Assembly (NCBI RefSeq): GCF_009914755.1
Contig: NC_060929.1
From: the human T2T-CHM13v2.0 reference genome, Homo sapiens
Direction: 5' to 3' (one strand)
Length of the DNA stretch: 64,000 nucleotides
The notes below the pieces were generated by a model, which was not told the origin of the DNA, ran no database searches, and saw only the letters and a program-made list of their open reading frames with translations. Below, one piece after another: positions 47,162 to 64,000 of the stretch (position 1 is the first letter of the stretch; every line of letters begins with the position of its first letter). A program made the translations under genes and the position numbers.

Positions 47162-47326
47162 GAAGAAGAAGAAAGAAGAAAAGAAGAAAGAAGAAAGAAG
47201 AAGGAGAAGGAGAAGGAGAAGGAGAAGGAGAAGAAGAAGAAGAAGAAGAAGAAGAAGAAGAAGAAGAAGAAGAAGAAGAAGAGGAAGAGGAAGAGGAAGA
47301 GGAAGAGGAAGAAGAAGAAGAAGAAG
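47162..47326 (+). repeat. Compound (GGAGAA)n(GAA)17(GAGGAA)5(GAA)5 repeat in an Alu tail
   Basis: Pure GAA run 47230-47280 directly visible. Confidence 0.97.
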
Positions 47327-47842
47327 GTCTGAAAAGGCTATATACACTGCATGATTTCAACTACCTGACATTCTGGAAAGGGCACAATTATGGAGATAGT
47401 AGAAAGATCAGTGATTACTAGCAGTTAGGCGAGAAAGAAGGCTGGATAAGTGGAGCACAGAAGATTTTTGGGACAGTGAAAATATTCTGTATGATACTAT
47501 AATGGTGGGTACATGTCCTAATACGTTTGTCCAAACCAATCAAATGTTCACCACCAAGAGTAAACTCTAATGTAAACTAAGGACTTCAGGTAATAATGAT
47601 GTGTCAATAGGTTCATCAACTGTAATAAATGTACCACTCTGGTGAGGAATGTTGTTAATGGGGGAGGCTATACATGTGTGGGGTCAGGGAATATATGAGA
47701 AAACTTTATACCTTCCACTCAATTTTACTGTGAACCTAAAATGACTCAAACGTAAAGTCTACTTTTCAAATCACAAAATATCTCCAAGCAAAAAGGAATT
47801 TGGAAAAAAGCTATAGAAACAATATAGTTAATAACATTATAT

Positions 47843-48574
47843 GGGGGTTCTTTCCGCTCAGAGACCCCTCTCTCTATAGAGAGAGCTGTTTCTCATTCTC
47901 TTCTCTTCTGTCTATGAAACCTCTACTCCTAAACTCCCTGTGTGTGTCCGTGTCCTAAATTTTCCTGGCGCGAGATGACAAACCCCAAGGTATACATCCC
48001 AGACAACGTAGCCCCTTCATCTTGGGCCCTTGTCCGGGATACCAACGTACAACATTCATCCAAATGGTGAGTAGAGCAGCGGACTCCAACTCTGTCATTT
48101 CACTTTAAGGTTCTCGGCCTCCATTTCAGAACCAAATCAAACCAAATACTGGGCCCCCTTCAGCCATTTAAAAACGATTAGCATGGCTGCCAGCCTTGAA
48201 AGACTTGGGGGACAGGCTTGCTGGGGAGAACATGCAGAATCCCCAGCACCCACGGCTTGCAGGGCATGTTGGCCATGTTTGAAATAGCTTCCTTTCACGG
48301 AGGACTTAGCCCTCGTGTGGGTCTGGAAGTAGTCCTGAGGCAACTGAGGGTTTCTGGCGGGGGCTACCCCGTGGCGTTATCCAAAGGCTTCTGGACTGAC
48401 CTCAGCCTCTGACCGCCCAATGGCGTTTCGGCAACAGGATCTCCAACTTTTCTGTATAATTTCCTCCTTTACTGTCCGTGATCTTCGAATAAAATCCAGT
48501 GCATCCACTGCCAGCCGGGTCCTTTCCGCTGCGAGACCCCTCTATACAGAGAGAGCTGTTTCTCTTTCTCTTCT
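47843..48574 (+). mobile_element. ERV1-class (HUERS-P-like) remnant: partial LTR, tRNA-Pro primer-binding site, leader, second partial LTR
   Basis: LTR end ...ccagacaacgtagccccttCA at 48019; tgggcccttgtccgggat (48023-48040) is 15/18 to the tRNA-Pro PBS TGGGGGCTCGTCCGGGAT; GTGAGT donor at 48067; LTR segment repeated at 48517-48574. Confidence 0.72.
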
Positions 48575-48959
48575 AAAGATCTCCCGTCTCTTTTTACTAG
48601 GAAAAAGAAGAGGGGCTGTATGCTCCTTAGTTGTTGGAGTCCTTTTGCCCTATACCCTTCCCCACCTGACAAAATGACTGTTCCTTTGCATGGAGAGTTT
48701 TAGTTGCTTCTCTTATACACACGCAGCTCTTCCAAGGTTCAGGGCTCACTTCCCTGATGGTCACTCACCACCTGGAATGCTCCTCCATAGCCCCCACCCT
48801 GAATGATGCTTACTTGCAAAGTTTTCATCATGTTTTCAAGTTTTGGATCATCTCCCAGAATTTTGACATTAAAATGACTACAAGTCACTAAACCTCAGTT
48901 CCAAGTCAGAGTTTTCCCAGGAAAGGGAATTACTAATTGGTTTATCTTGCATCAAGAAT

Positions 48960-52170
<3,211 letters not shown>

Positions 52171-53085
52171 TTAAAAAGTAATCTCCTGGCTCAATCAGCT
52201 ATTGGTGTTGATGGGGACGATGGGGAGGTGGTAAGAGGAAGGGGGGTGACAAGTCCAAACCAAACAAACCCAACCCAGAAATGGGGGACTCATTATAAGT
52301 TTGGAAGCAATGCCAAGAAGTATCTTCTACATTGGGAACTTTCATTTTAAAGAAATAAATGCAATATAAATCTTGAAACCTTAGGAGCTAGGCATGACCT
52401 TATGCAAGTGCTCAAAGCTATTATTATCACCCACAGAATATGGTATTCATCTGTATTTGCTTTAAACCATGGCATGGCTTAGAAATAATCGAATTTTCCA
52501 CATTCTATAACTAAATGCAATTTCTAATTATTACTTGACTGCTCATATAAATCCTAAGTAAATCTGTGGAGTTTCTTTTCCCAGTACAATACAAATAAAT
52601 GTAAATAACTGTCATGTCTGATTTACCTAGTATTTTGTTAACCAGCTAAAAGTAAATATTGAAAATAGCTGTTAGCTATGCAAGTTTGAACAGGTGTTTT
52701 CCTAAGGAAGGTTATACATCTTTAAATTTAGGAATGATTGAATCAAAGCAAATTACTACCCTGTCTAACCATGCTGATTTTCTTACATTCAATAGTACTC
52801 ATTTTAAGTGTTTTGTTTCATGTAAATTTTTATTACAAATGGTTTCAGAATTATTTTGGATGTAAGTGGCAATAAAATGTAAACAACTAGATGAAAATAA
52901 TATACATTGCCTTGATAAATAAATGAGTGAATCCAAGTTCACTACAGACAAGAATGAGGCACTGGATGAAAATGGCATTCCTTAATATGAGACAGGAGTT
53001 TTCAAAGCAAGATCTGTTAGGTAGTTAAGAGGGCAATAAAAAAAATTGTTAAACAAATGAGTCAGAAAAAAATGTAAATCTTTTA

Positions 53086-53580
<495 letters not shown>

Positions 53581-53984
53581 AGAATGCATTTCTAGGCTTG
53601 GTCAGATTTCAAGACATTGAGATGTGCATAAAAATACTCTCTTCTCGGCTCAGTGCACCTTTTCCAAAGGTAGAGTTTTACACAGCATCAAGACCAAGAT
53701 GCCTCCAGGACTCTGGCGTCTTTTCTTCCATAATACAGTCTGAGGTACCTTGAGGCAAGGAATTCCACAGGGAAGCGAAAACTGGATTTACTTCCTTGTT
53801 TCTGGGTTTTCTCTCCACAGTTGCCTAAGAGTGTTAAACTGTTGTAAATGTCTTCTAGCACTTATAAATAAAGCTACTCTTTGGATTTCCTCCATCTGAC
53901 AAGCTCCAGAATAGAGCTGTGGGCAAGGACACCACTATTGCTCTCCAGCTAACCCATGTCCATACCTTTGACATTAGACTCATA

Positions 53985-54435
53985 CCTGTATTTTTAGTTT
54001 TGAGCGATTTTCTCCACTTGGAGGCAAAGGGGAGATATAGCACAAGGAAAAGGAAGTCAGATTCCAGGCCTGAGTAAGATTTGACACACCGCTGCTGGCT
54101 TCAGAATACAGAGGCCCATGTGCAAAGACCAGAATGATGTCTCTGGGAGAAAAGACAGGCCCTAGGCTTACAACAAGCAAGGAGATGGAGACCTCAGTAC
54201 TACAACAGCAGGGAACAGGATTCTACCTACCAATGAATGAGCTTGGAAATGGAGTCTTCCCAGAGCTTCCCAATAAGAGCTCAGCCACACCTTGATTTCC
54301 AAGAAACCCAGAGCAGAGAAACCAGCTGAGCCAACATAGGCTTCTGACCTACAAAACTGAGGTAGTAAATTTGTGTTATTTCATACTAAAAAGTTTATGT
54401 TAATTTGTTACAGCAGTCCTACAAAGCTGATACAA
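53985..54435 (+). mobile_element. MLT1-type MaLR LTR remnant
   Basis: caagcaaggagatggagacctcagtactacaac ... cttctgacctacaaaactgaggtagtaaatttgtgttattt ... taatttgttacagcag. Confidence 0.7.
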
Positions 54436-55159
54436 ACAGATAACAAGTGTTGAGTCCCAGATAATTAAAGAAAATACACCAAAATGTTAACAGTAGTATC
54501 TTCAGATAGTTAAAAAATATATAATAGTTAAAAAACATTGTTACTTTGTTAGACTTTTCTGTTTGTCTGAATTATTTTTACAATGAGCATGTATTGCTTA
54601 CATAAAATTTGGATTTCCATTTTTAAAATTAAAAGGTCAAAATGACAATGTATCAAGGAGAATGTAATTAGGGTGCCAACCATTTCCTACATCTCATTCC
54701 CAGGAGCTTCCACATTCAAAGACTCTCATTACATACACAGGCCTCTGGCTCCAGGCTGCAGTACGTGGCTGTGAGTTCTTCCTTCCCTGTTGGTCTCCCA
54801 GGTCGCCAAGGGAGGCCCTGAACCTACCCTGAACCTCTCTAAGGATGAAAGCCCACCTCACTCCCTGCTGGGGAGGCCAAGCTCTAAGAGAAGGCCTCTT
54901 GTCTTTTCCCTTCAGGCTTCCATACCTATTGAGACCAACTAAACCTCTCTGGCAGACACTGTTAATCGAATAACACAAGAGTTTTTCCCAGTCTCCTTTT
55001 ATCTTGCCTGCCTCCTATGGTAATGGCAAAAAGAGTGAGACTCTAGATTCCCTGCCCCCCTTGCAGGTAGGGATAAATATGTAACTCATGAGACTGGAGT
55101 GAGAGTCCACGGGGGGCTTCCTGGGAAAATGTTTCGCTTCCCTAATAAAAGTGACAGAA

Positions 55160-58078
<2,919 letters not shown>

Positions 58079-58429
58079 ACTGTACCTCCTTTTTAAAACT
58101 GATTTTACTTTCATAGAAACTTCTAGAAATACTCTGTGTTAGCTAAAACAGTAACTCCTGTCACATCTTGTCTCTATACCTTGCTTTATTTTCTTTATAA
58201 TGTGTTAAATATCAGACATCATCTATCTGTTTAGTATCTGTCTTCCCCCACTAGAATGCATGCTTCATGAGGCAAGCACTTGTTTTTTGTTCCTGGTTGT
58301 CTTCACAACAACTAGAACTGTACCTGGTCCTATTGGAAATGAAGTGATTATTGAGGTAATTTCAGGCTAACACATATTCCTGAACTAGGGTAGACCACAC
58401 AGGCCCAAAGACTACCTACTATCGCGCTG

Positions 58430-59665
<1,236 letters not shown>

Positions 59666-61655
59666 AGAATTATCTAATTCTCTATCCTTACTCTTCATAG
59701 CATGTATATATTTATTTGTTTGGTAGTTATGTCTTCCCAGGAGAAAGTAAGATCCATGAGGGCAAGATTTTTGTGTTTTGTTATTTTGCTGTTTACTTAG
59801 TATCTGTATTACTAAGATTCTCGGTAATAATCAATAAATATCTGTTAAATAAACAAATGAATCTAATTTGTAAATTCTACTACTGCTAACTAATTTAGTC
59901 ACTTGTGCCATTAGTCCACAAGATGACGCCCCAACCTCCAACCTCCCACCCCAACCCCTGCCTCAGAAGTGAAAGATACTTAAGCAGTTCAAGTTACCAA
60001 TGGCTAACATGACAATTACAGGGATATAATCTTAAAGGCAGGAAGAAATGTAATTTTAAAAACTCCAGTCATAAGACATACAGAAAAAAACCTATATATT
60101 GAAAACTTTTTGGTTATTTGTTATTAAAGCATTATAAGAATACTCATTAAGGAGAGAGGAAAAGACATGACAAGCTGATTGTTTTGGGGGACAGGTTAAG
60201 AGGTTGGAGGGAAGTGATTTTTTGTTTTTTCTTATCCCGAACTGTGGTAACTTTATATTTGAGCTGATGAAAAAAAATTCTGGGCCATCCACTGTACTTT
60301 TTAAGAGTCCATTTGTTAGACAAAATATGAGGAAATATGGTCTATTTTATCAGCTTTTTTTTTGGTTTCTAAATGGCTATTTAAATACAGATAGCAGTAC
60401 ATACATGACAAACTGGAAGAGCAGGTTCTGCCACGCTGCCAAGTCACCTGTTACCTGATATCTCCTCTCAGAGGGCAGAACCAGCAATGCAGTGTGGCGT
60501 AACACAGCTGGAAACGTGCCCAAGCTGGGCCGCCAAGTGCAAGAAGTAGACTTCATGTTAAGAACTGTGAAGGTCAGGACAAATCACTACTTGACATATG
60601 CCACTCATATAATTTCAGAAATGAGTAGGAAAAAGAATCCCAGACAAAAGGGAATAGAAGTCAAGTCAAAGTGAAGGCACACTGACTTTTTATAGTTAAC
60701 TTTTTCTTACAAGTTATATAAATCAAGCCAAGAAATGTAAAATATGATTGTGCACCCCAGTTTTATCTGTGCAGTTCAAATAGGTAGTTTTACTTTGATC
60801 AAGACTTCCACACTTGATTTCTGGCAAAAAAAAAAAAAAAAAAGGGAACACTCTTTTTCATGCGGTATATGCTATTTTCTTAAAACAATATATATTTCTC
60901 ATTAACACTGTTTGCTTATAGGTGGTTATTCTATTTGCACAAATAGAACTGTATGGATAATGAATATAAACTGTTACCATAAATCTTCTAAATTATATGA
61001 ATGATCATTACAAACAAATGTGCTTAGCACCTATTTTGTTGATAGCCCATTGCCTCTGAGAATCTGCCTTTTCCTAAGACAACTGTTTGGGTTACCTCTC
61101 CCGATTTCGTATTCTGGCCACCAAAATAAAAATTTTCAATAGTAACAAAATTAGGTGTCCTTTTAGGACGAGGGAAGTTGAGTGATGTATAAAAACATTC
61201 ACCCAGAAACCAGGCTTCTGGGCCTAGAGTCCTTAAGTGACTAGTTAAAGTGATTGAAAGGTTCCAGTGTTTCCCATTGCAGGAAATTACTTAATCTCTT
61301 AGAGCCTTCTTTTCCTTCTTATAATATTAGAGCATTACATAATTATAAAAGTAACTATGGTTTCTAAATCCTTCCCTGCTCTAAAAATACATAATTCAAA
61401 GCTGCTAAAAATAAATACTTTTAAAATTGGCTGTGACATATGTGACATATACATATATAAACAGAGTTTCACTGTGACAAGGGGAGGGGCTATACAATGT
61501 TTTGTAGCAGAAATTTACAATGCATCGGTATCAAGATGCTTTTGTTCCTGAAAAAGTGTTTCAGGGTGGCATTCAACCTGAAGGCAAAGTTCTGGGAAGC
61601 CCCCAGGCACTTCAGTGGAAACACAGGGCAGTGTTTTGGGGGACCACATCACAGC

Positions 61656-62096
<441 letters not shown>

Positions 62097-62305
62097 CTAC
62101 GAAAGACAGGGAAGAGCGCCGCCCTGGGGCCTGCCGGACCCTCCGGGTTCGGAGCGTGCAAAAGGTGACCTAGGCGCGCTACGCACCACGCACTCAGCGG
62201 TACTCTCCTCTCCCGGGCCCCCACGGGTCCCGATGCTGGGCGGGGATGCACTGAACTGTTCAGTTCCGACGTGCTGCAGTTCCCACACGCCCGCGCCCCA
62301 CTTAC

Positions 62306-62416
62306 ATCCAGCACCGAGGCCAGGTGCCGGGTTCGGCTGGCGAGTTCCTTCAGCTGCACGTTCCGCTCCTTGAGCGAGGCGATCTCCTCCTGTTTCTGGG
62401 TCAATGTCACGTGCAG
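62306..62416 (-). CDS. MCIDAS: Multicilin penultimate exon (geminin-like coiled coil)
   Basis: ctcctcctgcAG acceptor, 111 nt [42 protein letters not shown] donor. Confidence 0.97.
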
Positions 62417-62933
62417 CTGCAGGAGGAGACCCAAACATTCAGGGGTAGGTACTGTGCTGGGTCTCGTCTGCATATCTGGCATGAATCAAACCCAGATCCT
62501 GACGTCTCATCAGGAACTGGGGACGCACAGGCATTTACGCTAGTGAGAATAATAATCAATTTACTTTTTTTTTAAAACAAAGCACTTGGACAAAATTTAT
62601 CTCCATTAATCCTCGGTGTAGCGTGCTGATAAAGAGTACTGACTTGGGCAACAGGCAGATCTAGGTTCTGTCACCGAAGTTCAACAATCCTATGTCTTGA
62701 TTTCCTTGTAAAACGGGGCTAGTAAGAGTATCTAGCTCAATGATTGTGAGCATTAAGTGGGAAGAAAAAGTATAAATTGGTAAGTCCAGGGCCAGACACA
62801 TAGAAAGCCTTCAAAAAATATTGGCGTCCCTATTAAAAATCTGGCAGGCACTATGCAATATATGTATGTAACACAACTGCACTTGTACCTCTAAATCCCC
62901 CCAAATAAAACTATTTTTAAAAATAAATAAAAT

Positions 62934-63334
<401 letters not shown>

Positions 63335-63372
63335 CTACGTGAACCACCAGTCAGTCCACTGGTTCCGACTCA

Positions 63373-63720
<348 letters not shown>

Positions 63721-64000
63721 TCAAATTCATGCCCAGCTAGTTACAGGAGCAAAATGCCACTCTGGGTGTAGGGTGTATGTAGAGATTTTTCTTTATTAAA
63801 TTAAGCACCCTTACTCCTAAACGCCTGATTACGAGGCCCTTCCTGATAGCCTGTACATACACAGCAGGTATCCAACATATGCCTGTTAAGTTTACCTGAA
63901 TTCAATCAAGAACACTTCCCTGGGCCTGCACGTCACACAGGCCTTCGATACCCTGCACACTCGTCACTCAACCTCCCCTGCCACACCACAGCATAGGGCT

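Overview
This window is human-type genomic DNA that I recognise as the 5q11.2 multiciliogenesis locus. It contains the complete three-exon GPX8 gene (+ strand, 209 aa, Cys-type ER glutathione peroxidase ending in KEDL), nested antisense inside intron 2 of CDC20B. It also contains the miR-449a/b/c hairpins (- strand, same intron), CDC20B coding exons 1-2 with their CpG-island promoter, a second apparently orphan CpG island, about 42 kb of Alu/L1/LTR-dense intergenic DNA (including a 5S rRNA retrocopy and an ERV remnant with a tRNA-Pro primer site), and the last three exons of MCIDAS (- strand). I found no novel protein-coding system. The most interesting sequence-level signals are: miR-34/449 seed matches in the 3'UTRs of both neighbouring genes (MCIDAS and GPX8), suggesting locus-internal feedback; a cryptic splice acceptor/donor pair overlapping the base of pri-miR-449c; and several odd retro- or templated insertions. 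Gene and miRNA identities come from recognised sequence. Repeat subfamily names and boundaries are by-eye approximations.
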